From: Candidatus Omnitrophota bacterium
GTDB lineage: Bacteria; Omnitrophota; Gorgyraeia; Gorgyraeales; Gorgyraeaceae
Assembly (NCBI GenBank): GCA_042572045.1
Contig: JBHPFI010000002.1
Coordinates: forward strand, 28,245-92,244
Length of the DNA stretch: 64,000 nt
Reading direction: 5' to 3'
In this document: piece by piece, positions 19,010-27,909 of the stretch
How positions within the stretch are numbered: the first letter of the stretch is position 1
How the letters are laid out: the number at the start of each line of letters is the position of its first letter
Translations under genes and position numbers: made by a program
Notes under the pieces: model-generated
Databases searched by the model: none
The model's input: only the letters and a program-made list of their open reading frames with translations
What the model was told of the DNA's origin: nothing

Positions 19010-20083
19010 ATGAAAAGCGACGTATATATCATAAAAACAACGGGTAGCGACATACGGGAAAGGAATTCCTCTCTTTTGAAATTCCTCCAGGGGATGGATC
19101 CTTTCTCGGCATATAAAAAAGATGAGATCGTCCCGGTCAAGCTCACGATAGGCGACGCCAGATGCGTCTACAATATTAATCCAGAACTTGTAAAATCAGT
19201 CGTATTTGAAATAAAAAAGAAAAAGGCGAAGCCGTTCCTGTTCGACACAAACGTTATATATAAAGGGTCACGCCTCAACGCGGTCGACCATCTAACACTT
19301 GCCCAGAATAAAGGGTTCGCGCACTCCAAGGTAGGCGCGCCATTCGTAATAGCGGACGGTGTTTTTGGTCAGGACGGGAAGGGATATTCCCTCGACTCTC
19401 AGTATATAAAAAAGATAACTGTCCCCTCTTTTGTAGGCATGACGGACAGCCTCCTCGTTCTTTCGCATATCACCTGTCATATTTTATCCGGATACGCAGG
19501 CGCGCTTAAAAATGTTGCCATGGGCATGACATCAAGGGCGACTAAACAGGTGCAGCATTCCTCGCTCAAGCCGCATGTAATAGACGAGAAGTGTACTTCA
19601 TGCGGATGCTGCATAGATATATGCCCTGTGGATGCTATATCGTTCGCTGACCGCAAAAATAATAGCAGGGCTTCCATAGACCAAAAAAAATGCGTCGGGT
19701 GCGGAGAGTGCCTGTGCGCGTGTAAATTCGACGCCATTTTTATAAACTGGGGTGAAGATACCCATATATTCTCAAAAAGGATGATAGAGGCCGCGCAATT
19801 TATATTATCAAAATTTAAAAACAAATTTTTTATAAATTTTGCCTTTGACATAACAAAGGAATGCGACTGCATATCGACAAAAAATGAAAAACTAATCTGT
19901 AAGGATATAGGGTTACTCGCCTCAAAGGATATCGTAAGTCTCGAACAGGCAACAGTAGACCTTATCAATAGGGACAAGGATATAATACTGGAAGAAAAAA
20001 AGCAAGATGCGTATAGAACTATGATTAACTACGCCCACGAAAAAGGCCTCGGCAATCTAGGCTATAACCTGATCGACCTATAA
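19010..20083 (+). CDS. DUF362 domain protein with an inserted 2x[4Fe-4S] ferredoxin module
   Basis: 357 aa. VPVKLTIGD ... FLFDTN DUF362-like N-terminus, plus CTSCGCCIDICP and CVGCGECLCACK ferredoxin motifs. Confidence 0.75.
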   Translation: MKSDVYIIKTTGSDIRERNSSLLKFLQGMDPFSAYKKDEIVPVKLTIGDARCVYNINPELVKSVVFEIKKKKAKPFLFDTNVIYKGSRLNAVDHLTLAQNKGFAHSKVGAPFVIADGVFGQDGKGYSLDSQYIKKITVPSFVGMTDSLLVLSHITCHILSGYAGALKNVAMGMTSRATKQVQHSSLKPHVIDEKCTSCGCCIDICPVDAISFADRKNNSRASIDQKKCVGCGECLCACKFDAIFINWGEDTHIFSKRMIEAAQFILSKFKNKFFINFAFDITKECDCISTKNEKLICKDIGLLASKDIVSLEQATVDLINRDKDIILEEKKQDAYRTMINYAHEKGLGNLGYNLIDL

Positions 20084-20089
20084 GTAGCC

Positions 20090-20809
20090 ATGACAGAATT
20101 TCAAAAACTATTTGGCGCAAAAGAAACTCATATCAAGGAGACATGTATATTATTGCCTCTTTTGAGAAAAGACATTTTAAGACAGCTTGGCGTAAAAGAG
20201 TTCTTAAGGGGCAGGCTGTATGGTTCCGGAAACAGCAATGCATTTACAGTAATACATACAGGGGTAGGCCCTGCATTTTCAGGCGATGTAGCGCTCTATC
20301 TCAGCCAGACTCGATGTCAAAACATGATACTCTTTGGTTCATGCGGCCTGGTAAAAGAGAAAGATGGTTTAAGGATAGGCAGCCTTGTTACGCCCTCCAA
20401 GGCCTATGCGCTCGAAGGTTTCACGGAAATGCTTTTAAAAGACAAAAAGGACTGGAATTCTTTTCATCCTGACACAACCCTTATTGAAAACTTTCTGAGC
20501 TCGAATAAAGACCGCGATATAAAAAAAACCCTCTGCGCCACGCTCGGGTCTCTAAAACTTGAGCGGGATTACGTCGATCTATTCAATAAAAAAGAGGTAG
20601 AAACAGTCGACATGGAATGCTCTGCTCTGTTCAGCGCCTCGAAACACACAGGTAAAAGGGCGATGGCCTTTTTCTATATCACTGATATCATAAACAAGAA
20701 GCCTTTTTATGTAGCCTTAGAAGCCGAAGATAAAAAGACCCTATCCTCTTCGATAAAAACTGCCGCACGCATCCTATGCGAATTTATAGAAAAGAATTTG
20801 AACTGCTGA
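20090..20809 (+). CDS. Nucleoside phosphorylase-fold protein (PNP_UDP_1 family; MTA/5'-deoxyadenosine nucleosidase or futalosine-hydrolase-like)
   Basis: 239 aa. Pattern TGVGPAFSG ... FGSCGL ... VDMECSAL is typical of the PNP/MtnN fold. 6 nt after the preceding gene. Confidence 0.6.
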   Translation: MTEFQKLFGAKETHIKETCILLPLLRKDILRQLGVKEFLRGRLYGSGNSNAFTVIHTGVGPAFSGDVALYLSQTRCQNMILFGSCGLVKEKDGLRIGSLVTPSKAYALEGFTEMLLKDKKDWNSFHPDTTLIENFLSSNKDRDIKKTLCATLGSLKLERDYVDLFNKKEVETVDMECSALFSASKHTGKRAMAFFYITDIINKKPFYVALEAEDKKTLSSSIKTAARILCEFIEKNLNC

Positions 20810-22137
20810 AAAAAGCGCAATCCATTGTTAGATCAAGATTTTCTCATCTTGGGATAAACAAAAAACGGGAGATAACCAGGCTCTTATACGAGATATCAAA
20901 AAAACAAAATGCCCCTCCCTCATCTATAGTCCGAGATATAGATTCAAAAGACTTCGACAAGCTAAAAGCTTATCTTTTAAAAACAAGGTTTCCTTACGCG
21001 TATCTCAATAACGAAATACCAAGGCCTTATCTGCCCAAGATAAGACTAAACACTTCTTTTGTATCAGATGCCAAGAAAACCAGGTTCTACCCAAAGAGGA
21101 TTATTGTAGAAAAATCCGCGCAGCGCTCACACCTTGCAGAAAGATTCAGGAAATTTTTTCCAAAGGCCATATCCACAGAAATAAAATCGCTCAAAGACTA
21201 TCTGAAACAAAATAAAGGCTTCACAACAGAAAGCTATAATAAAAGACGCGATACAGCATTCATCACCTACGAAAATTATGATTTTTTTAAAAAATGCCCC
21301 TGCACAAAAAGGGCCGTGGCCTGCGGTTATCACATATTCAATCTGAGTTTTGGCTGTATATTCGAATGCACATTCTGTTATTTACAAGAATACACAAACA
21401 GCCCTGGTCTAATATTCCCCGCTAATATCGACAGATTTTTCAAGGCCTTTGATTCCTATAAAAGACGCCCCATGCGCATAGGGACCGGTGAATTTTCAGA
21501 TTCCCTGATGCTGGACCACATCACAGAATACTCCTTCCCTATAATTGATTTTTTCAAAAAACACAAACATGTCCTTTTTGAATTCAAGACAAAAAGCGAC
21601 AATATAAGCAACCTATTAAAGATAAATCACGCCGGAAATATTGTAGTGTCATGGTCCCTGAATCCGCAGAAAATAATAGATGAGAATGAACTCCTTGCGC
21701 CTTCTCTGAACAAACGCATTCTCTCGGCCAAGCGCTGCAGTGAAGCAGGTTATAAATTGGCATTTCACTTTGATCCTGTTGTATATTTTAAAGGATGGCA
21801 AAAGGCATATGAAAGGGTGATAGAATCGCTTTTTAGCTCGATAGATCCAAGGCATATCTCCTGGATCAGCATTGGGACCCTCAGGTTTAATCCTAAAGTA
21901 AAGCCTATAATTGAAGCGCGTTTTCCGGGAAATAAAATCCTGGATGAAGAACTGGTTTTGGGATTTGACAGTAAGCTAAGATATCCTTATAGCATGAGAT
22001 CTAATATCTATAAGTCCATGATAAAAATGTTATTCAAGCATTCCAAAAAACTACCCATTTATCTCTGCATGGAACATAGCTCCATGTGGCGCGATCTAAA
22101 TCCTGCGCCAAACTTTTTTACAAACCGGTCCATTTAA
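20776..22137 (+). CDS. Spore-photoproduct-lyase-like radical SAM protein with an N-terminal extension of about 180 aa
   Basis: 453 aa. SFGCIFECTFCYLQ motif. Overlaps the preceding gene by 34 nt, with no alternative in-frame Met for more than 100 codons. Confidence 0.7.
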   Translation: MRIYRKEFELLKKAQSIVRSRFSHLGINKKREITRLLYEISKKQNAPPSSIVRDIDSKDFDKLKAYLLKTRFPYAYLNNEIPRPYLPKIRLNTSFVSDAKKTRFYPKRIIVEKSAQRSHLAERFRKFFPKAISTEIKSLKDYLKQNKGFTTESYNKRRDTAFITYENYDFFKKCPCTKRAVACGYHIFNLSFGCIFECTFCYLQEYTNSPGLIFPANIDRFFKAFDSYKRRPMRIGTGEFSDSLMLDHITEYSFPIIDFFKKHKHVLFEFKTKSDNISNLLKINHAGNIVVSWSLNPQKIIDENELLAPSLNKRILSAKRCSEAGYKLAFHFDPVVYFKGWQKAYERVIESLFSSIDPRHISWISIGTLRFNPKVKPIIEARFPGNKILDEELVLGFDSKLRYPYSMRSNIYKSMIKMLFKHSKKLPIYLCMEHSSMWRDLNPAPNFFTNRSI

Positions 22138-23660
22138 GTTCTGTCGCTCTGATAAGAAAATACCCTTATCGCCCTCACAGGCCTTGTTGGACATTTTTTC
22201 TGACAGATACCGCATCCTACGCATAGCCTGCGGTCGACATATGGCCTGAGCGCTGTCTTAGAAGCGATCTTACGACTGACCAACCTGATGGCCTTTTTAG
22301 AAACAGGACAATGCTCCTGACACACGATACAGTCCTTATTTCCAGACCAAGCAATGCATATTGAAGGATCTATTTCCGCAAGGCCTAATCTCGTTTTTTT
22401 CTTCTCCTCCAAAGACAGCACAGGAATAGCTCCTGTAGGGCAGACCTCCCCGCAAAGCGTGCAATTGTATTCACAGTATCCTGTCTCTGGAACAAGATGA
22501 GGCGTCCAGATGCCCTCAAGCCCTGACTCAAAAATAACCGGCTGTAGACCGTTGGTAATACATACCTTCATGCAATTGCCACAGCGTATACACCGGCCTA
22601 AAAACTCCTTTTCCTTTAACGCAGCCGGCGGCCTTATGATATCTCTGAGCTTTTCCTCTACGCCCATTTCTCTTCTATTCCTAAAGCCGAGCGATAAGAA
22701 AGAGGAAAACATTAAAAAAATAAATTCCCGTCTCGTAATGCCTTTTTTATCATCCCGGCCCGGACTTACTACAGATGCCGGCCAGGTAAATTTAGTTGCG
22801 CCTGGCGGACAGTCATATATACAATCCATACAAAGAACGCATTCTCCTTTTATATAAGTTAAATCGTCATTTATGGCCTGCATCCTGCAATCATTCTTAC
22901 ATCTAAGACAATCCACACATCCCTCGACGCTGCGTCCCAACAAAGAAAACCTGCCTGCCACTGAATACAATGCCCCTAGAGGACAAATTGCACGGCACCA
23001 TAGTCTTCTTGCTATAAGCACTGATAGAGAGATTAGTAGAAAAAACGTGAAAACAATGCCTGAATGGGCAAAATAATGCGGATGTGTACCGAGAAATGAG
23101 GCCTTAAGGCCACGATACAGGTCATACAAAGGCCCATAAAAATTCAACTGTCTTATAAGAAAAATAAATATGTTATCTAAAATAGACGTCAGTGACGGGA
23201 TCAGATTGAGCGAAATAAATCTGGCCACAATAACCATAGGGTCAAAAATCCACGCAAGCTGAATCCCTAAAAAAGAAGCTGCTGCAGTAAATCCCACGAT
23301 ATAAAACTTTATAGAGCGTAATTTTTTATTCTTTGACTCAGCGAGACGTGTCTTTCGTTTCCTTAGAGCGACAGCGCCACATATATCGATTATCGTGCCT
23401 AAAGGACAAACCCACCCGCAGAAAAATCGCCCTAAGGCCAATGTCAATATCAGCATAAAAATCGCAAATACTATCCCAGGGAGTATCACGCGTTCGCTTA
23501 TTGAGATAAATATCATTATCAACGGGTCGACTTTAAATAATATATCCGGGAGGAGAACGCCGCGTAACGGGTAGGTGGTGGACCACAGTATATATATGAA
23601 TGCGCCTAGAAAAAAAACTTGCGAAAATCTTCTGACAATAACTAATTTTTTCAAATTCAA
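22134..23660 (-). CDS. Membrane-anchored polyferredoxin (NapH/MauN/NosR-like)
   Basis: 508 aa. TM helices with CGWVCPLG and CRAICPLG motifs, followed by several CxxCxxCxxxCP clusters. The convergent 3' end overlaps the SPL-like gene by 4 nt. Confidence 0.75.
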   Translation of the reverse strand: MNLKKLVIVRRFSQVFFLGAFIYILWSTTYPLRGVLLPDILFKVDPLIMIFISISERVILPGIVFAIFMLILTLALGRFFCGWVCPLGTIIDICGAVALRKRKTRLAESKNKKLRSIKFYIVGFTAAASFLGIQLAWIFDPMVIVARFISLNLIPSLTSILDNIFIFLIRQLNFYGPLYDLYRGLKASFLGTHPHYFAHSGIVFTFFLLISLSVLIARRLWCRAICPLGALYSVAGRFSLLGRSVEGCVDCLRCKNDCRMQAINDDLTYIKGECVLCMDCIYDCPPGATKFTWPASVVSPGRDDKKGITRREFIFLMFSSFLSLGFRNRREMGVEEKLRDIIRPPAALKEKEFLGRCIRCGNCMKVCITNGLQPVIFESGLEGIWTPHLVPETGYCEYNCTLCGEVCPTGAIPVLSLEEKKKTRLGLAEIDPSICIAWSGNKDCIVCQEHCPVSKKAIRLVSRKIASKTALRPYVDRRLCVGCGICQKKCPTRPVRAIRVFSYQSDRT

Positions 23661-24631
23661 ACTTCTATCTTTAATATATCAGCTTTACCTGTATCAAAAT
23701 TGCCAAAATTATGATCCTTGGCCTCGCGTATATAACTTATCGACAAGGGGTCTATACCTAGCAGTTCACATGCGCAAGAATCCGCCAGGGTAGGGTCTTT
23801 GCCTACTATTACTGTCTTAAAATCCTCCACATCAGCTAGATTCCCGCCGCTCGGCCCATTTCTCACAAGCACCCTGTAGGCATCGATTACAGTCAAATCC
23901 GGCTTGATAAAATCTGCAAGATGCGCAAGTTTTATACCTATGTTATCGTGAATCATACCCCTTTCCCCTCCACACACGCCCATAAGATTCTTCATAGAAA
24001 GCGTGAGCTTTGTGAGGCCATGATGTTTGAGGACCGGCACATTTATAAAGGCATCACATTCCAACGCATCTCTATAGACCGGCCATGCCTCCATCGGGCT
24101 CTTGTAAGAAAATCTGGCCTTTACGAAATTCCAATCATCGACAAAATAGACATTTGCGCCTTTTTTTCTGGCTGCCTCTGGAATGCCGCTCTTCTCATAA
24201 CAACTCCTGGCATCATTGCATGTCCTATCAAAAATATTGACCCTTTTCGCTCCTGATTTAAAACAAAGTTCTACCAACGCCTCCATTACCTGCGGATTTG
24301 TATTGCCGGCCTGTTCTGGCGTGCGATCCCAGGCCATATTTGGCTTGATAAGGACGGTAGAGTTCTTTGCCACAAATCTATCCATGCCGCCTATGGCCTC
24401 TACTGCCTTGACTGTGATAAGATAAGGGTCGTCTCCTTTTGCCATGACAAGGTCATGATTCAAGGCAATCTTCTTGAGCGCTCTGCCAGAAGAACTCTCT
24501 TCGGCTACGGCCAGCCTGGAAAACGTATTGCCCATAAAAAGCCCTCCTAAACCAAGAAGACACAGTTTTATAAATTTCTTTCTGCCTATTTTCTTTGTCA
24601 ACAATAATTCAAATAAAGATTTGTCTGCCAT
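23657..24631 (-). CDS. Exported DUF362 domain protein
   Basis: 324 aa. N-terminal signal-like segment (KKFIKLCLLGLGGLFMG) and VLIKPNMAWDR...NTNPQV DUF362 pattern. 4-nt overlap with the polyferredoxin gene. Confidence 0.7.
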   Translation of the reverse strand: MADKSLFELLLTKKIGRKKFIKLCLLGLGGLFMGNTFSRLAVAEESSSGRALKKIALNHDLVMAKGDDPYLITVKAVEAIGGMDRFVAKNSTVLIKPNMAWDRTPEQAGNTNPQVMEALVELCFKSGAKRVNIFDRTCNDARSCYEKSGIPEAARKKGANVYFVDDWNFVKARFSYKSPMEAWPVYRDALECDAFINVPVLKHHGLTKLTLSMKNLMGVCGGERGMIHDNIGIKLAHLADFIKPDLTVIDAYRVLVRNGPSGGNLADVEDFKTVIVGKDPTLADSCACELLGIDPLSISYIREAKDHNFGNFDTGKADILKIEV

Positions 24632-24684
24632 AGGTTTCTGTACGGAATTTCAAGGAATATTATACCCTTTGCGGTTTAAGGCGT

Positions 24685-25395
24685 TTAATCTATTTTCCGT
24701 TTCTGCAAAATCAATTTTTTATTTACAGTATCGATCTGAAAATTAAATTTATTTAAAAAAGACATGCCTAATAATCCATCGTGGGCATCTGTCTCAGAAT
24801 CCCCCGGCAGGATTACTGCTCCGACATCATTGGCCTCTACCCCTCCTACGCTTACACTATCCAAGACAACGTATCTTGCATTTATCTTGCGGCCGTCAGC
24901 CATCTGCGCTTCTATTATCTCATTGCCATCTAGTCCCAATTCGCTTGCTATGCGGCTTGATAACAAAACAGCCGTAGAGCCTGTATCTAAAAGAAGCGAC
25001 GCCCTCACTTTCTTATTCAGCAGGGTATTGACTACTATATGCTCGCTTGCCTGGGAAAATCCCACTTCCCTTGGCTCAAGCTCTCTTCTTTTCCTGGCCT
25101 CCTCTAGCTCCTTTTCCCTCTTCGATCTCCTTTGTTTCTCCAGCCTCCTTTCCTTCTGCCACTCTTTATGCATGATGGTAACTTCGCTACGACTTGACCT
25201 ATATATACTCTTTATCTCGCTCATCCTGAATTTAACCGTACCAAATCCAACGTTTAACTCAAGGTCTTCTTCATCTTCCTTCTCTATCAAACCCTCTATC
25301 CTGCGGCCATTCTTAAGGTATACTGTATCTGCATTTACCTCTGAAATAAAGCCTATCAGAAAAAAGAAAATAAGTGCAGCTATCCAGACTCTCAT
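24685..25395 (-). CDS. Secreted retropepsin-like (clan AA) aspartic protease with a charged linker
   Basis: Start at Met7, with GGAG 8 nt upstream. Signal peptide, a YLKNGRRIEG beta-rich module, a Lys/Arg/Glu-rich linker, and C-terminal LLLDTGST (DTG) and LLGMSFL motifs. Confidence 0.7.
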   Translation of the reverse strand: MRVWIAALIFFFLIGFISEVNADTVYLKNGRRIEGLIEKEDEEDLELNVGFGTVKFRMSEIKSIYRSSRSEVTIMHKEWQKERRLEKQRRSKREKELEEARKRRELEPREVGFSQASEHIVVNTLLNKKVRASLLLDTGSTAVLLSSRIASELGLDGNEIIEAQMADGRKINARYVVLDSVSVGGVEANDVGAVILPGDSETDAHDGLLGMSFLNKFNFQIDTVNKKLILQKRKID

Positions 25396-25544
25396 GATGC
25401 AATCTCCGATCAATCTCTGCCGGTCTCCAGGGCATTGCTACCCATAAATAGAATATCACAAATAGCTGAATAAATGAAAAAGTTTTTTGTAAATCTTGCC
25501 TTTAGTTTTATGTCATGATAACATAATATAATTAACGAATCTAG

Positions 25545-25617
25545 CTGACTTGACAAATCAGTTAGTAGACCAGGTTTAAACCTGGTCTACGGCTGCGACT
25601 AAAAGTGTCAAGTTAGG
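25545..25617. repeat. Palindromic intergenic element with a nested 26-nt perfect palindrome
   Basis: CTGACTTGACA ... TGTCAAGTTAGG termini. The interior holds GTAGACCAGGTTTAAACCTGGTCTAC (25565-25590). Confidence 0.8.
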
Positions 25618-25637
25618 AACGGCATAAGGAGTGATAT

Positions 25638-26378
25638 ATGGAAAATTTAAAATTGGAGCGCGTAAGGCAGGACGTAAAAGAACTTATTAAGCCATACCTG
25701 GAACACCTTCTCGATATCCACAAGGAAAATATCGTATCCATAATCTTATATGGGAGCGCCACGGGAAAATTCTACGTGCCAAAACATTCTGATATAAATC
25801 TTATGGTCGTATTCAAGGAGCTTGAATTCGCCGAACTCAAATCATCTCTGAAAGTTATAAACCAGGGTATAAGTAAAAAAATATGCGCGCCTCTTTTTCT
25901 ATCCCTGAAGCATATCGAAACGTCCAAAGACGTCTTCCCGATAGAATTTCTGGAGATAAAGGAAAACAACATCCTCCTCTACGGTAAAGACCTGTTCAAG
26001 GACATAGGGATAGACCAAACGCACACCAGGCTATTCTGTGAGCGCGAGATAAAGGGAAAACTCATACGCATGCGCGAGGCCTATCTCGAGGTCGGACTTA
26101 AAAGAAAAGGCATAGAGGCCCTGATGAAAGAATCTATGTATTCATTGATGCCTACCTTCAGGGCGCTTATAAGGATCAAAGGAAATGAGCCCAGTGTAGA
26201 CAAAGAAGATATCTTGAGAGATCTCGGCGCGCTTTATGGACTCGACAAAGATGTCTTTACGGCCATTCTAAAAGACAAGATGAACGACGAAAAGATAGCT
26301 GGCCAAGATGTTGAAATATTCTTTGAAAAATATATCAATGAAATCAAAACCCTTGCCCTGGCAGTAGACAAATTATGA
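25638..26378 (+). CDS. Nucleotidyltransferase-domain protein
   Basis: 246 aa. LYGSATGKF...SDINLMVVF resembles the GS...DxD minimal NTase motif, with a helical C-terminal half. AAGGAG 7 nt upstream of the ATG. Confidence 0.5.
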   Translation: MENLKLERVRQDVKELIKPYLEHLLDIHKENIVSIILYGSATGKFYVPKHSDINLMVVFKELEFAELKSSLKVINQGISKKICAPLFLSLKHIETSKDVFPIEFLEIKENNILLYGKDLFKDIGIDQTHTRLFCEREIKGKLIRMREAYLEVGLKRKGIEALMKESMYSLMPTFRALIRIKGNEPSVDKEDILRDLGALYGLDKDVFTAILKDKMNDEKIAGQDVEIFFEKYINEIKTLALAVDKL

Positions 26379-27166
26379 GGAAAAAAGTATTTCTCTTTAT
26401 AGTTTGCATTGTTATTCTTCAGCTTATATTTACGCTGAATAGCTTTTGCGAATCTCCGAGCTTTCCGAGCTACACCGGATACATAAATGACTATGTCAAC
26501 ATCCTCTCTTACGAAACAAAACAGAGGCTCTCCCTCCTCATGGCCGAGCTCGAAAGAAAAACAAGCGCTCAGGTAGCTGTTCTAATAATCGGAACAACGA
26601 AACCTCTTGATATAGAAACTTATGCCGTAGGACTTTTTGAAAAATGGGGCATTGGCCAAAAAGGAAAGGATAACGGCGTGCTCCTTCTTATTGCAATAAA
26701 GGACAGGGCCATGCGCATAGAGGTCGGATATGGACTCGAAGGCGCGATACCAGACGCGCTCAGTAAGATCATCATAGAAAACTATATAGTCCCTTCATTC
26801 AAAGAAGGGGATTTTAATACGGGCATCACAAAAGGCGCTGTAGGTATAGTTAAATTAATTGAAAAAGAATACGGCGCAAAACTTTCCAAACTGGAAGATT
26901 TACCTATCAATGTACCTATACCTGAAAGGCCATCGCTTCTAGCCTCTATACTCAATTTTCTTTTTACTCTCTTTATCATAATAATGTTCATGGGTTTAAG
27001 GATGGGCTTTTTGGGATGGTGGCTGTTAATGCCAGGCTCGCGCAGAAGGCGTGGCGGTTTTTGGCATGGGGGCGGGTTTGGAGGAAATTCTGGCGGGTTT
27101 GGAGGCGGGTTTGGAGGGTTTGGCGGTGGTTTGTCCGGAGGCGGAGGCGCTTCTGGAGGGTGGTAA
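26375..27166 (+). CDS. TPM-domain protein with a Gly-rich C-terminal tail
   Basis: 263 aa. Signal peptide, TPM pattern (YINDYVNILS...AVLII...RIEVGYGLEG), one TM helix, and a GGFGG-repeat tail. ATGA overlap with the upstream gene. Confidence 0.8.
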   Translation: MRKKVFLFIVCIVILQLIFTLNSFCESPSFPSYTGYINDYVNILSYETKQRLSLLMAELERKTSAQVAVLIIGTTKPLDIETYAVGLFEKWGIGQKGKDNGVLLLIAIKDRAMRIEVGYGLEGAIPDALSKIIIENYIVPSFKEGDFNTGITKGAVGIVKLIEKEYGAKLSKLEDLPINVPIPERPSLLASILNFLFTLFIIIMFMGLRMGFLGWWLLMPGSRRRRGGFWHGGGFGGNSGGFGGGFGGFGGGLSGGGGASGGW

Positions 27167-27171
27167 ATTCA

Positions 27172-27189
27172 TCCCCGCCGCGGCGGGGA
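27172..27189. other. GC-rich perfect 18-nt palindrome between the TPM and LemA genes
   Basis: TCCCCGCCGCGGCGGGGA sits 5 nt after the TPM stop and 19 nt before the LemA ATG. No U-tract follows, so it is likely an intra-operon RNA hairpin. Confidence 0.5.
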
Positions 27190-27208
27190 CTCATTTAAGG
27201 AGGTAACC

Positions 27209-27775
27209 ATGAAAAAGATATGGATAATTTTACTTATTGTTCTCGGTGTAATACTTATACTGGGAAGCTGGTTTATAAAGGGATTAAATTCCCCTGTGCT
27301 GTTAGATGAACAGGTAAATGGCGCATGGGCTCAGGTAGAAAATCAGCTTCAGAGAAGAAATGACCTGATTCCAAATCTGGTAAGCACAGTAAGAGGCTAC
27401 ATGCAGCACGAACGAGAAACCTTTGAGCGCATAACAGAGCTCAGGAGCCAGTGGGCCCGAGCTGCCTCTACGCAGGAAAAGATAAATACAGCCAATGCCA
27501 TTACCGATACCCTGTCGCGGATTCTTCTTGTTGTTGAAAATTATCCGCAGCTAAAGGCAAGCCAGAATTTTTTGAGCCTGCAGGCCCAGTTAGAAGGCAC
27601 TGAGAACAGGATTGCGGTAGAAAGGATGAGATATAACAATACAGTGCGCACATTCAATGCCTACAGGCGGACTGTCCTGGGTTCCCTTTTTTGCGGCATA
27701 AGAGGGCTAAACGAGCCAAGGGTCTATTTTGAAGCGGCGGAAGGCGCAAAAGAAGTGCCGAAAGTAGAATTCTGA
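27209..27775 (+). CDS. LemA family protein
   Basis: 188 aa. N-terminal TM helix, QLQRRNDLIPNLV and ENYPQLKA motifs. AAGGAGG upstream. Confidence 0.9.
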   Translation: MKKIWIILLIVLGVILILGSWFIKGLNSPVLLDEQVNGAWAQVENQLQRRNDLIPNLVSTVRGYMQHERETFERITELRSQWARAASTQEKINTANAITDTLSRILLVVENYPQLKASQNFLSLQAQLEGTENRIAVERMRYNNTVRTFNAYRRTVLGSLFCGIRGLNEPRVYFEAAEGAKEVPKVEF

Positions 27776-27909
27776 CCTAATTCAAGATTGGCCAATATAG
27801 GCGATGTTGATGAAATATATATTGCCTCATTATACCGACAATATACAAAAGATCAGACGCCTTACAGCAAGCCTGAACAAGACTTGATAGAAAAATATAG
27901 GGGGCTGCC

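Noticed and set aside
24764-25447. A 227-aa ORF antisense to the retropepsin-like gene. Similar long antisense ORFs occur at 8915-9508, 28656-29387, 6406-6903, 51018-51524, 59559-60113, 61330-61839 and 19477-19977.
   Set aside because: Each lies entirely inside a gene on the other strand that has clear family motifs. Their products are Ser/Leu/Pro/Ile-rich low-information sequences without motifs or ribosome-binding sites. These are typical shadow ORFs produced by codon bias.
27016-27198. A Trp/Arg-rich 60-aa ORF (WRVWRRVWRVWRW...).
   Set aside because: It is an alternative reading frame of the GGN-rich DNA encoding the glycine-rich tail of the TPM-domain protein. It has no RBS and no independent support.
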